DNA of 63,502 nucleotides, counting the filler, from Hausera hauseri (lineage: Eukaryota): assembly GCA_046269625.1 (NCBI GenBank). It is 11 parts of 11 records of this genome, joined end to end, with 100 filler letters (N's around TTAATTAATTAA, not from the genome) between each part and the next. Parts side by side here need not be neighbours in the genome. Positions count along the whole stretch, not along the records: positions 35,735 to 43,001 come from JBJURY010026562.1; positions 43,102 to 50,980 come from JBJURY010898729.1; 9 more parts are not named here. One strand, written 5' to 3'. Below the pieces are notes generated by a model, which saw only the letters and a list, made by a program, of their open reading frames with translations, was not told the DNA's origin and ran no database searches. This document shows positions 38,803 to 51,080 of this stretch, piece after piece (positions within the stretch are counted from its first letter, which is position 1; the number at the start of each line of letters is the position of its first letter). Position numbers and translations under genes: made by a program.

Positions 38803-41699
38803 TCGCAGTAAACAGGTGAGAATTCGGTTATCCCGGAATTTGGAACCCGCCGCTGCGAGACTGAGGTCCCGGTCGCCCATCCTGCGCCAGTGGGTCAGAC
38901 GGCGCCCTTCGCGTCAGCCTTGCAACACGCCCGGGCACACTACTCCTCGCTTGTTCATCTTTTTTTTTTAACTAATAAACATACATACATAACATTGCAT
39001 TTACACACTGCAATTATTCATAAATTCATCTCCATCTTACTCCACTCCTCTGATTTCTACCTTACATACAACGGATCTCTAGTACCCCTTGCTGGAACTC
39101 TACAATATTCTTCAACGCACATCTGTCTTCATATTCATTTCCGTATCCGTGGTAGCATGGATTCGTCACCCACCATTGACACCACGGACAAACTCACTAA
39201 ACAACAAATTCCCATCATTTACTTACCCAAACACAGCGCTTCGAACATCCCTACACAATATACCCTCCTCACTCATTCACCCTGCACCGAATATTTTCTC
39301 CATAGCCAAAACTATACTCAAACGTAGTTAAAACTGCACCAATTTTGGCTCCAATCGCAAAACATCGTCGACTCTAGCCAAATCCAACAGCCTTTGTTTA
39401 CACTTACCAGCTTCCATTAAAGCTAAAATAACCAATATAATCGATATCCTTCAGCATGCTGACCCATATACCCAACTCTATAATGCCGTTCTCAAGCTTA
39501 CTACGCCTTCAATCGATTCAATCATTCCAAGGTTCTTTAACGACAACGTCATGGGCCTTCAGAAGCCTTCTGATTTTCTACGCATATCCTTGTCTCACCT
39601 CAACACCCTTGGCGTAACCTCTGAACACAGTACCGTGCTTTTTCGCCGCTACTTCTTAAATGCGTTGCCTCTTCAAATAAGAGCTTTGCTAACTGTGTTT
39701 GAAGACTCCACGACTCTTGACAAGCTAGCCGAACTGGCAGACAAGGCATACGACGTACTATACTCACATGCAGCACCAACTATCTCTGCAGCATTGACAA
39801 CAGACCAACAACAACAAAATACAATGCTGCAGCAACAAATTGCGCAATTACACGCAGAAAATGAAATATTGCAAAAAACAGTCAACAACATTAAGGAAAA
39901 ACTAAACGAATTAACGCTGCCTTGACGGGGTTTTTCTAGGCCTGCTTCTCCTAATCTATTTAATCAACGTCAAAGACGGTCGCCTTCGCCCGCGCGGTCA
40001 TTTATTTGCTATTATCATAGCAAATTCGGTAATAATGCTCAGAAATGCTGCATCGGTTGTAAATTTTATTCCTCTAATTTTAATGCAAGCAACATCGTTT
40101 GCATCTACCACTTAAAATTTGGCACAAAAGCACAAAAATGCCTACATGGCTGTGTCTGTAGCATACACAATAAGACCAGCACTAACAAATTTACACAAAA
40201 CAGTAGACCAAACTCACCAACTACAAAAAACGAATTTCGACGCTAGGACACACGGCAAGTTCTAGCGAAGGCGACAACCTGCAAAAAGATAGCCAACACA
40301 TTTCCTTTGCTGTATTCACGTTGGAAGCAGCAGTCGTCACTCCAACACAGCAAAACATTAACTTTCTTATAGACACCGGCGCAGCAATCTCTCAACTGCC
40401 ACCAACACAACACATCCAACACAATTACACTTCACAAAAGCAACTGTTCACTGTGTCCGGTGAACCTCTACAAATCTTTGGAGTCACCACATTAACATTC
40501 ACTCTCCCACACTTCACAAACACATTCACATGAAAATTTACAATAGCTAATGTACGCACACCTATATTGGATTCCGACTTTTTGTCCCACTACAATTTAC
40601 TTGTAGATTGCAAGCGATGTTCCTTAAAGAGCTAACATCTGCTAACTGCACGAACTTTCACAATACAAACGGATCATAAGCCTTTGCTTCAAATTCTCAC
40701 TATGAAATCGTCTTCTTCACGTCAGGAGAGGCAAATACTTATTTGTCAACGTTCAATTTTGTAATTAAACATCTAAACGGAGTGAACAATTTAGTAGCTG
40801 AGTTTTTGTCCCGATTGGTCAGCTTGATTGATTTTACGCCAATTTTTTCTCAATCCAAACTTCAGCAAAACCAGCCATCTCCTGACATCCTTAAATCTTT
40901 TCAATGTTGCAAAACCATCGACTGTGCAACCTTTGACACCTCCAAACCTAATAATCCCAAAATCATTTTTTCTGAGTCGCTTCAAAAGGAAGCGTTCCGC
41001 AACGTTCCACGTTTTCATCCGCACTTGGATCAGCAGGTTTAGATCACCTCGCCACATCATTTCGGACCAAGGTCCACAGTTCGAATTCAACCTGTTTAAA
41101 GCTCTTGACAATCGACTGGAATTAACCACATTCACACGTCACCATATCAAACTCAATCGAATGGCTTTCTCAAACGCTTTCGCCGAACAATGAAAACGTC
41201 TCTTAAAATCCTTGCTGAGTCCAATCGCAATTGGACCACACTTCTTCCATACATTCTGCTCGGCTGACGGAACACACCATCTACTTCCACGGGCTGTTCA
41301 CCTGCAGAAGCATTATTTGGCACTTTCATCAAATTATTATTCGAGCTGAGTGAGCTAGGCAATACTCCTACAGACGAAACTATACAAGCGGCACAGAGAT
41401 ACTTCATTGAGATCAGCAAAGACTCATTTTGCAGACTCTTACAAGCAAATAAACCTTACATACCCGACGATTTATATACTGCCAAGTTGGTTTAGCTCAA
41501 GAATCAGACGAATTGTGGTTTTCAACCACAGTATTTTGGCCCTTACAAAGTAATTCGCTTACACTCCCACAATACCATCATCCTCAAAGACGACAAAGAA
41601 ATAACCGTTCACATCAATACTGCTAAACCGGTTTTCTTCATCGACTATACGTCGCCCATCGAAGTCACTTCTCCGCCAACATCTACAAATGACGCGCAG

Positions 41700-42310
41700 C
41701 AATCCAACAATTCACCTTCCATCTTTGTTCAATTTCTTAATCCACTCTCCCCCACGTTTTCTCTCAAAACTTCCGCTTCAATTTCTTCTCACAATTTAGC
41801 CTCTTTCTTCCCATCCGATTTTGCACCTTCAAGCCTTTTACCACCTCCATCATCCTTTCACAACTACCTGCTTTTTCCTTTTACAGCACTTCCTCCATCA
41901 AACTCCATTTCGACTTCACCAATCTCTCCATCTACACCCTTCATCATTCCAAACTCTTGCACACCACCTTCCAACTACTTTCCTTTACCTTCTCCATTTT
42001 TTCGCTCTCTTTCGCCTTGTACCTCTTCGCCGTTTTCTCTTTCTCTTTGTCCCTCTCTTTCCACACCTTCCTCATCTTCGGCGCTTTTTCCCCCTTTCTC
42101 CTCACACATCATCTTTTACTCCTTTCACTTCCGCTTCACAACTTCCTCCTCTCTTTACCTCCTTCCCTGTCCCTTTTCCTCTCTCTACTACTACTTCTGT
42201 TTCATCTTCTACTTCCGCTATCTCACACAATTCAATTCCAAACTCTACTTCAACTTCTCTTTCTCTTCCTTTATCCGCCACTACGCCTTTAATCATTTCT
42301 TCTTTTTGAC
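41700..42310 (+). repeat. Pyrimidine-rich low-complexity tract downstream of integrase
   Basis: Strongly C/T-biased sequence; a similar tract begins at the end of copy A (11660-11727). Confidence 0.8.
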
Positions 42311-42540
42311 TCGTCTTGGCATAACACAACACTAACAACAAAATCTGACCATTTTCCCCCAACTTCAAACTCTGCACACAAACACACAGCATAAAAACAA
42401 AACACGCAGAGTCACATTCAGCAAGTATAGCAGGGAAAATAGCTAGAAGGCAGCCAACGTCTTGTTCACACTAAGACCGACACTTTTTCGTTTTTTGGTT
42501 TTTTCTCTTCTTTTACCCTTCATAGTTTTCACTTTGCCAC

Positions 42541-42554
42541 GGGGAGGGGAGTGC
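42541..42554 (+). promoter_or_regulatory. Polypurine tract preceding the 3' LTR (LTR starts TGT at 42555)
   Basis: GGGGAGGGGAGTGC-TGTGGTG downstream of integrase. Confidence 0.7.
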
Positions 42555-43559
42555 TGTGGTGCACACAGCGGCCGGCGCCCTCTAGCCCATTCGGTTGGAC
42601 ACGGCCGGGTTTCCGCCGCCGCTGCGTCGTGCTCATAGCGGGCCCCGATCTCCCGCCTCAAAAGAAATTACGACAACATTAACAAATTCATATGTGTTTC
42701 AATACGCTATCGTTCCATCCGAATTACAGAACGTACACATATCAAACTACTTAAAGTTGCCCATTCCTCCATCTCATTCACCACCGTCAGTCAATATCAG
42801 CTAAAATGTTTTGCAGTTAAAAACATCAAATGTCGTCACCAACGGATTCTCCAATCTTTCTCCATCCCCAATTCAGATTCCCGTTCAGATTCAGTCATCA
42901 ATGACTCCTCAACGTTTCATCATCAATTCTCAGCCGGTGCTCTTCATTAATCGATCTCTCCAGCCGTCGAACCCATCCTTCATTACACCTCCACCACCTA
43001 ANNNNNNNNNNNNNNNNNNNNNNNNNNNNNNNNNNNNNNNNNNNNTTAATTAATTAANNNNNNNNNNNNNNNNNNNNNNNNNNNNNNNNNNNNNNNNNNN
43101 NAATCTGTTCTACGAAATACAATTAACATTTATATATTTAAAAATAGTCAAATTGCATCTGGATCAAATTTGAAACGATATCGAAAGCGTCAGAATTTTG
43201 TTCAGAATCTGGTGTTATTTCATAATGAGTTATTCATGATGTTTTAATTTAAATTTATTAGGAATTTAGTCTTGGAATTCGTGTTTTCAGAAATTAATTG
43301 TGTATTTGACGTATGTAAAGTTCTTCGAAATGTTAACTACTACAAAAAATGTCAAATTCTCCGTGAATTTAATGATCTGAACGGTTACGACAAAGAAACT
43401 ATTTCATTTCAGGCCTCGTTTAATGTAAGTTTAGAAAATGTTAAGACGATCAATCAATATATTCAATGCAAAGCTAATTGTATTATTTGGGAATTATTAG
43501 TACACTATGAAGTAGATAATGTTATGGATTACAAGACAAAAGATCGTCAGTTGCGAATA

Positions 43560-44680
43560 TTTGTGCAGAATGTGAAGAATGGAAAAAACTAAATGAAATA
43601 ATAGTAATCTTTTCTAAAAAACGTAGCCATTTAAAACAGGCTGTAACAAAAATGGTTCAAAAGGTCTGTGAATATGTTGAAAAAAATCCAAATGAAGGAA
43701 CTATGCTTGAATTAATAAACTGTCTGCGAACCATAACTGAAGGAAAGATTTACGTCGAAGTCGAACGGGCACGAATTAGCAAACGGTTAGCCGAAATGAA
43801 AGAGTAAAAAGGTGATATTGAATTGGCTGCTTCCATTTTACAAGGACTCCAAGTGGAAACGTCTGGCAGTATGGGGAAAAAAGAGAAAATCGAATTTATT
43901 CTTGAACAAATGAGATCTTGTTTGGCGAAAAAAGATACTGTACGAACTCAAATTACCAGCAAGATATCATCTCGATCATTTTTGGACGAGAGCCTAAAAC
44001 TATTGAAATTGAAATATTTTCGATTAATGATTGAATTGGATTTAGGGGAGAACAAACATCCGAATGGCAGTAAGCATTTTTATCAATTATATCAGACAAA
44101 AACTATAAATGCTGTCGATGCTAACCGTTTGGATAGTTTGAAAAATGTTATTATATATTTGTTATTATCTCCGTACGATAATGAATAGAACATTTTACTC
44201 TATTAATGTAAGCAAACATGCTCAAAAGATTTGGAGAAATTGCCAATGATGGAGGAAATTATTGATGCATTCTGCACAAAGGAAGTTATGTTATGGAGAC
44301 ATTTCTGCTCAAAATTCGAGAGCCAACTAAAAGTTGATTCTGTTTTCACAGGTGAAGATGGAAACAAACGATGGCAAGAACTCAACCATCGAGGAATCGA
44401 ACATAACATTCGAATTATGGCATCGTACTACACGCAAATTCGAATAAGCAACATAGCGAAAATGATGGATATTGATGAGAAAACCCTTGACAAATTTGTC
44501 TCGGAATTGGTAGTTTACAAGTCAATTGAAGCAAAAATCGATCGGCTTCCTGGAATCATGCGTTTCATTCAGTCGAAAGATGCTACCGACATGCTTAACG
44601 AATGGTCATACAATATCAACCAGTTACTTGGGTTGATGAAGAAAATCAAATGTATGCTATATGTTACCAAGTCTAAGTGA
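43560..44680 (+). pseudogene. PSMD12: Intronless 26S proteasome subunit Rpn5/PSMD12 pseudogene fragment
   Basis: SKKRSHLKQAVTKMVQ, LRTITEGKIYVEVERAR, LQVETSGSMGKKEKIEFILEQMR, EHNIRIMASYYT, AKIDRL; in-frame stops. Confidence 0.93.
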
Positions 44681-45294
44681 GATAAATCTAAAGATCGCGT
44701 GCATTTTAAACGAGGAATGCGATCTGACCACCGAAGTCACCGAAATAAACAAAATAGTCATGTATCTCCAAGTCCGAAGTAAGATGGAACAAGATTTATT
44801 CAAATGGAAAAGAACGAGAATAACAAGAATGTTAATGGTGATGAAAACGCGTGCGATCTCGTAACATTTTCCGACAATGAGAATTTTGTCGATTCAATAA
44901 GTAATGAGCAGATTCAAGATTGGATTAAAAAGTTTGATTCGGCTTCGGAAAACAGTAATGAGATTTGGATGTATACTTTGAAAGTCGTGAGACCGCTTGA
45001 CGATTATCGAATGAAGTTTCTTGAGAATTTTGAGTTTCTCTATAGTGATGAATCGGATAATTTTTCACTGGAAGACATTTTCAGTTATGACGGTGATCGA
45101 GAATTAACAATACAAAGATGCGATGAACTAAAAGAGTACCTTGACAGTTTGCCATGTAAAGGCCTAGAGCGACTGAGTAATTGTCATAAAATCATACGTA
45201 GTTCATTAATCGAAACATTGGAAGCTATTGTTGATAATTTACATCAAAAAATGGATAATAATCGAACTACGAATGAAGTTGAAGTAGAATTTAA

Positions 45295-45567
45295 GAAACT
45301 CTACGTGCCTCACTTTACCGTGCGATCTGTAAAGCCAGGTCGAACTACCGAGTTTCGTTTGTTAGACAGAGTAGTTTTCGTTGTCGAATGCCATTGCGTT
45401 CCGATTGGCCTTAGAGGTATAGTCATCGGCATCGAACCAAAGGCCAATGTTGATAATTGGATTGAAGCTTTCTTTGATAAAGAGTTCCCTGATGGTACTG
45501 AAATTCGTAGAAGTCAAAATCGATGCAACAGAATAGAACCTTACACGTTAATTGATGTTTCTCATGG
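45295..45567 (+). pseudogene. XRN1: XRN1 SH3-like domain fragment
   Basis: EFRLLDRVV..VPIGLRGIVIGI..FDKEFPDG..LIDVSHG. Confidence 0.88.
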
Positions 45568-45569
45568 AA

Positions 45570-45852
45570 TGAGTGCGCTTGTAGTGTATATTGAAAAAAA
45601 ATGGTTCCGACTTTAAACAAAGGAAGAATTTATGCGTCTGGACGGATATTTTCGAGTAAAGTACAAACTGGGTAGAAAGTTAGAATCAAGGGTCCGAATT
45701 ATGTTGTTGGTAAGAAAGAATACCCTTGTGCGAAAAGTATACAAAGAACAAACTTGATGGTGGGAAGGCATGTGGAGGCCATCGAAGATGTGCCGTGTGG
45801 TAATAATCGCAATCTTGTTGACACTGATCAATTCTTGGTTAAAACTGAGACA
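45570..45852 (+). pseudogene. EEF2: Elongation factor 2 domain II fragment
   Basis: [60 protein letters not shown]; frameshifts and a stop. Confidence 0.92.
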
Positions 45853-45869
45853 AACCTATATCTTAACGT

Positions 45870-46115
45870 TTTCAAAAAGATCGGAAAACCTTTGTTTTCA
45901 TCTTTATTGAAAATCGACCAGTTTGGCAATAACTATTACGTGAATATTCGAAATGTTAACGAACATCTTTCTGACCATTATGTAATAGAAGCATTGAACA
46001 AAGTTGGAAAAGATTCATGTTTTGTTACATTACTGGTTTCTGATATACCGTCAGCTACAAAAGGACCGTTATCTGTAACACAAACAGCACCATGTACTGT
46101 TCAACCTTTGTGGAA
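45870..46115 (+). pseudogene. Titin/twitchin-like Ig-Fn3 junction fragment
   Basis: [36 protein letters not shown]. Confidence 0.6.
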
Positions 46116-47794
46116 TTCTGTGGATGTGACAAAAGAATTGGGAATGTTAACGGCTCTCTTTAGAGCCACAATTATTGATTGTGATGGGGTTCCAAATCTT
46201 CTTAAAAAATTCGCTATATTCACTATTTCAGCCGAGCCTAACAGAAGTTACGAAAATAAAATCAAAATCCATCTTATTGATCAGGTGGAAACTCCACTTC
46301 AGATCGGAGGGATTACTGGACGTGCGATGTACGAGATCAACGATATCGAATTCAAAAGTCGAACCAGAAAAGACGAGATCGAGGAGATAACAAAACCAAG
46401 CAAAAAAGGTCAGTCATTCTGCATTGTTGTATATATCATCGATTGTCTCCGCTTCCCACTTTAGGTTTCCCTCTGATAAACATTGCGTTAAAACTCATTG
46501 GGAACGGTTGCAAAATAATCACGTTATCATCTTAAGTTATGTAAACGTAAATATAGCATCAAATGATATAAAAATAAGTCCAGTCCTTTCTAAAATCTTT
46601 ACAAATACTTTGTTATATTTATATTGCGCCAGACCCGAAATAACATTACAACAGATAGTTGTGGGAATTAAAAATATAAAAAGTAACAAACTATCTGTTG
46701 AAAGGTATCGCTCAATAAATAAATATATAAATAAAAGGTTCAAACATAAGTTAGTTTTATCAGATAAGATGTTAAATCATGAGAATCCTTCATTAGATCG
46801 TGACATGCCATACTGCGTTGGAAGAGTTGATTGGATAAGGAAATTGTATTTATATTTAAAAACAATGTGAACAAGTTTGTTATGTCATCACCAGATGTCT
46901 TTACCATTCATTATGGTAGAAACATAAATATTTATAATAACACAATTGAAATGATTGTTTATTATGAAATTACGGTCATTTATACTTGGGAAAAACCCAC
47001 TGTTAATACATTAGTTAGACTGAAAACGTTAAATTTTGTTCTAACAAAAGACCACTTATACAGAGAATGTATACCTAATTTAGAACAGGAAATTTTGAGT
47101 CTTTTTCGAAAAATAAGTTGTTTGGATAGATTGAAGTGTATGTTGACGACTTTACCAAGAGAAATATATAGCAAAAATGAATTCGCTAAAATACATGAAA
47201 AAATTGAATTTTTTTCCACGAACATAAACGGATAATGCCGTTTGTTCCAACAGAATATAAAAAAATCATATTATCATTAACGACAAAGTTGTATAAAAAA
47301 TTGCCAAAGGTCTAAGAATCTATGATTAGTGTAGCCTTGAAGTTGAAGCGTATGTTGAAGAGCTTTTGAATATAATGTACAGAACTGAATTGATATCATA
47401 CATGACATTTAATATTCGTTACTTCAGGATCAATGACACGTTGAATCTGAATTCTAACGTAAAATTATTTGCCAGACTAGAAAATGGAGAACCGTGGGAA
47501 ATAAATGGCTTTCTTGAATCTACCATTGATAAGTGTTTGAAAGGTTCTCAATCAATACACTAATTAAGTTTAAACATATATGAATCTTTGAATGACCACC
47601 TGAACGTTTTATTAGAAAAATTTGGCAAGTTTGTTAATGATAATGACATGCAACATTTGGATATGAAAAAAAATATGAAAGACAGCAAAAATAGAATTAA
47701 TACACAGAGTACAATTCCCCGACCCGATATTGCTTTAACTTCCACTGAGAAGCACGTTATTAGAATGAACAATGCTAGCCAAGATCCTCTAAAG

Positions 47795-48055
47795 TTAATG
47801 GATCAAAAAACTGTTGGTGCTGTTGTAAGGTCTGTTAGAAACGTTACTGACTGCATGTGGAACTATTTGGCGTGTAAAGATGCAACACATGCCATTAAGA
47901 ATCTTTCATTTAGGTAAATTGTTAAAGCTGATAAAGTGAAACCAAATCCATTGGTAAAGTGTTTTGCGAGAATTATGGGGAACAAGTTAGGCATTGAGCC
48001 ATCAATGGATGAAATTCAAGCCAATATTCAAAAAATTGTTACAACAATTAAAACT
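47795..48055 (+). pseudogene. Possible axonemal dynein heavy chain tail fragment
   Basis: QKTVGAVVRSVRNVTD...GIEPSMDEIQANIQKIV resembles the PSL.EIQ segment of DNAH tails; weak. Confidence 0.4.
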
Positions 48056-48578
48056 AGTATGAAAAGGGCTACAAAATGGCCAGAGAAAAGAACATGGAAA
48101 ACAAAGACGTAAAAACTGAGATACAAAAAATTACAAGTATCATAATAAAGGATCTGAACGACAATATGAACAGTGATGATAAATTGAGTGAGAAAAAACT
48201 AACAAAAAGAATTCCATAATAATTTCAACCAATGCTCAGAGTGAAGCAGAATCTCAAAGTAGCCAGTTGATAGATAAAACTAAGCCGAAGACATTTATTC
48301 TTGCAGAAGGAAATGTCGAATTTATGGAGAATAAATCATCTATGTATAAGTTCCAGAGTAAAATTAAAGAATTTGACGCATACGAGAACAATTAAAAAAT
48401 GAACTTCCTTACTATCTAGTGGGACCACCTTTAATTGATACCAGTAAATTTAAATTATCTGAAGAACCACAATTAAGACAGGTCATTGTAAAAATAAACC
48501 AAGACCCACCAATCGTTGTTGATGTTAGCGGAATAGAGACCCTTACTATGTTGAAAAAAGATATCTGAAAAATGCCAC

Positions 48579-50980
48579 ATGAGAATAGACAACGCTGTAA
48601 TCATTTATAAGAACAAAATGTGGAATAGTGGCGAAGCAATACAAAGAATTCCACATGGGACAATAACAAATATCAATTGTGGACTGAAAGGAGGAAGTGT
48701 TAATGAAAACGAAGATTTCGAGAGTCGATTATTGGCCAAAGATGTATTAAGATACGAGTTAATAGTCCAAAGAAAATGGCTAACGATTGGTAGATTAACA
48801 GAATATGGATTTTAATGCCAAAACAATAAATACGATAAAACCTTCAAGAAGTTATCTATGGAGATCAGCGCATTGAAATTACTCGCCAGAAAACTAAAGA
48901 AAAAACAAGAATTAGCGGAATTGATCGATGAGTCAAAAAACATCGAAGTACAAAATGAGAAAGTAATAAAGATGATCCAAATGAAAAATCTTATGACGTT
49001 AAAAGACAAATCAGACGTGAAAATTCGAAATGAATATCTAGCACCAAAGTTAAAACGTATTGAGCTTCCGAAATTCGGTGGGAACGTTGCAGAATTTGAG
49101 AAATGGCGACAAATATTCAAAACGTGCGTAGACAAAACATCACTTTCTAGCATAGATAAGCAGATCCAATTAGAAAATTGTTTATATGGAGAAGCGAAAC
49201 GTTTAGTTCAAAGTTATGATTTCTCAGAAGATTCCTACAAAGCAGCAGTCGAAAAATTGGAACAATATTATGGAGGAAATCAGAGGAACTATGCTTCCCT
49301 CATGTCCGAAATTATGGAATTCCAGAAAATAAGTGTGCATAATATCAAAGAACTGGATTCCTTTGCTACGTTGTTGGATTCGGTCATCGTAAGGTTGAAA
49401 CATTTAGACCGTGAAATAGAGTTGGAAGGCGGTCTATTGTATCAAAATTTAATCCAAAAATTACCCGAAATTATGGTATTAACATGGGAGCGATATCGTG
49501 AAGATAAAGACAAAAAACGAAACGTACAAGACTTGAAAGTATGGATAGAGAAAGAAGCAGAGTTGAAACGTATTGCTGCGGAAGGAGTACATGGAATAAA
49601 TGTTTTGATGCCGAACAAAAATAGATAACTTGAGCGATCAGTAAAGAATTCGTTTTTTACTAATAAAAAGGAAGAAAAAGGAAAGTTATCGGACAAGATT
49701 GGGTTTGGTAATAAAGGAAAAGAAATGAAAGAAATGATAATTGTTGGAAAAATAAAGGGGTCCAACAGAGACCTTGCAAATATTTTTTAACTGGTAAATG
49801 CCAATTCGGTGAGTTATGTAGGTTTCAACATGAAAAGAGAGATCAGAATAGTTATAAGAATATAAATCAGAAACTCTATATATTTTCAAAGTGGAAATTG
49901 CAGATACGGTGGGGACTGTCGGTTCAAACATGGAGATTCTTCAAATACTTTGAAACGAGAAATCAATTACTCAAAGAATCTTGTTAGAGAATTAGATAAA
50001 ATTGAGAAATCTAAAAACCCTCGTTGACATTGACAGAACAAAATCACGATTGAACGAGAATTCTTGCCAAACAAATGAAGGTGATTATTCAGACAGGCGA
50101 TCTTACATGACAAAAATGGAGGAAGAAAAGTCTGAAGCACTAGATAAGATAGCTTTGAGGACTGTGTCAGTTTACTTAATTAACGAAAACAAGAAGATAG
50201 AAGTGAATATGTTATTGGATGACGCCAGCACTGACAGTTTCCTTGAAAAAGACATTGTACGACAATTAAAACTCAGTGGGAAAGAGAAAAACGTTACTGT
50301 AGCAGTAGTTGGAGGCATGCAACAAAACAGAAGATGACTAGAGTCCATATTATCTTACAAAGCTTGGATAACAGTATTCGTGAACAATTCAACGAGCTAT
50401 CCATGAGACAACCAACAGGAAAATGAATGTTGTCAACTGAACAATAGAGAAAAAACGATGGCTACATTTACGAAACATTAAATTTATAAAAATGGGGAAA
50501 GGAGAACATGTAGATGAAATTATAAGTGCCAATTATAGACACCTCCATAGATCCATAAAAGAAATATCGGGAAAACCAGGAGAATCACTAGCCCGATTGA
50601 CTCCTTTTGGTTGGACATGTGTAGGAATTCTGTATAAACGGAAAAGTAATATAATACGAAATAACTTAGTGCGGACGTACTGGACCAGGGTAGGCGAAGT
50701 GAACGATAATAACAAGATTGTAGGAAATTGAAAATTCGATTGAAGAAAAAGAAACCTAGTCGAAATTAGATAAAGAAATTCTCCAAATCACGAAGGATAA
50801 CATGAAGAAAACCGAAGATGAAAGGTAAGAAATCTTTCTACCATGGAAAAATAAAACATAAGAGATACCAAAATCTAGACAAATGGCAAAAAAGAGACTC
50901 GAATATCTAGAGAAGGAATTAAACTCAAATAATTCTGTGAGAACTCCTTACAAACAAGTTATCGACGATCATATCAAAAA
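48579..50980 (+). mobile_element. Decayed BEL/Pao LTR retrotransposon (gag DUF1759-type, protease, RT start)
   Basis: KLKRIELPKFGGN..FEKWRQIF..LYGEAKRLV..YKAAVEKLEQYYG; LLDDASTDSFL; ARLTPFGWTCVG; LPWK. Confidence 0.92.
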
Positions 50981-51080
50981 NNNNNNNNNNNNNNNNNNNN
51001 NNNNNNNNNNNNNNNNNNNNNNNNTTAATTAATTAANNNNNNNNNNNNNNNNNNNNNNNNNNNNNNNNNNNNNNNNNNNN

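Larger units (their letters stand above)
38890..43001 (+). mobile_element. CsRN1-like gypsy element, copy D, internally deleted (no RT), with PPT and start of 3' LTR
   Basis: Ubl-gag, two CHCC knuckles, FLIDTGAAISQL; protease joined directly to the RH end (TDHKPLL); partial integrase (ISDQGPQFE, FGPYKV). Confidence 0.88.

Noticed and set aside
41821-42392. ORFs on both strands in the C/T-rich tract
   Set aside because: Open only because low complexity lacks stops; no domain signal.
45100-45260. Possible BAG-domain fragment (ELKEYLDSLPCKGLERLSNCHKII)
   Set aside because: Resemblance too weak to call without a profile search.
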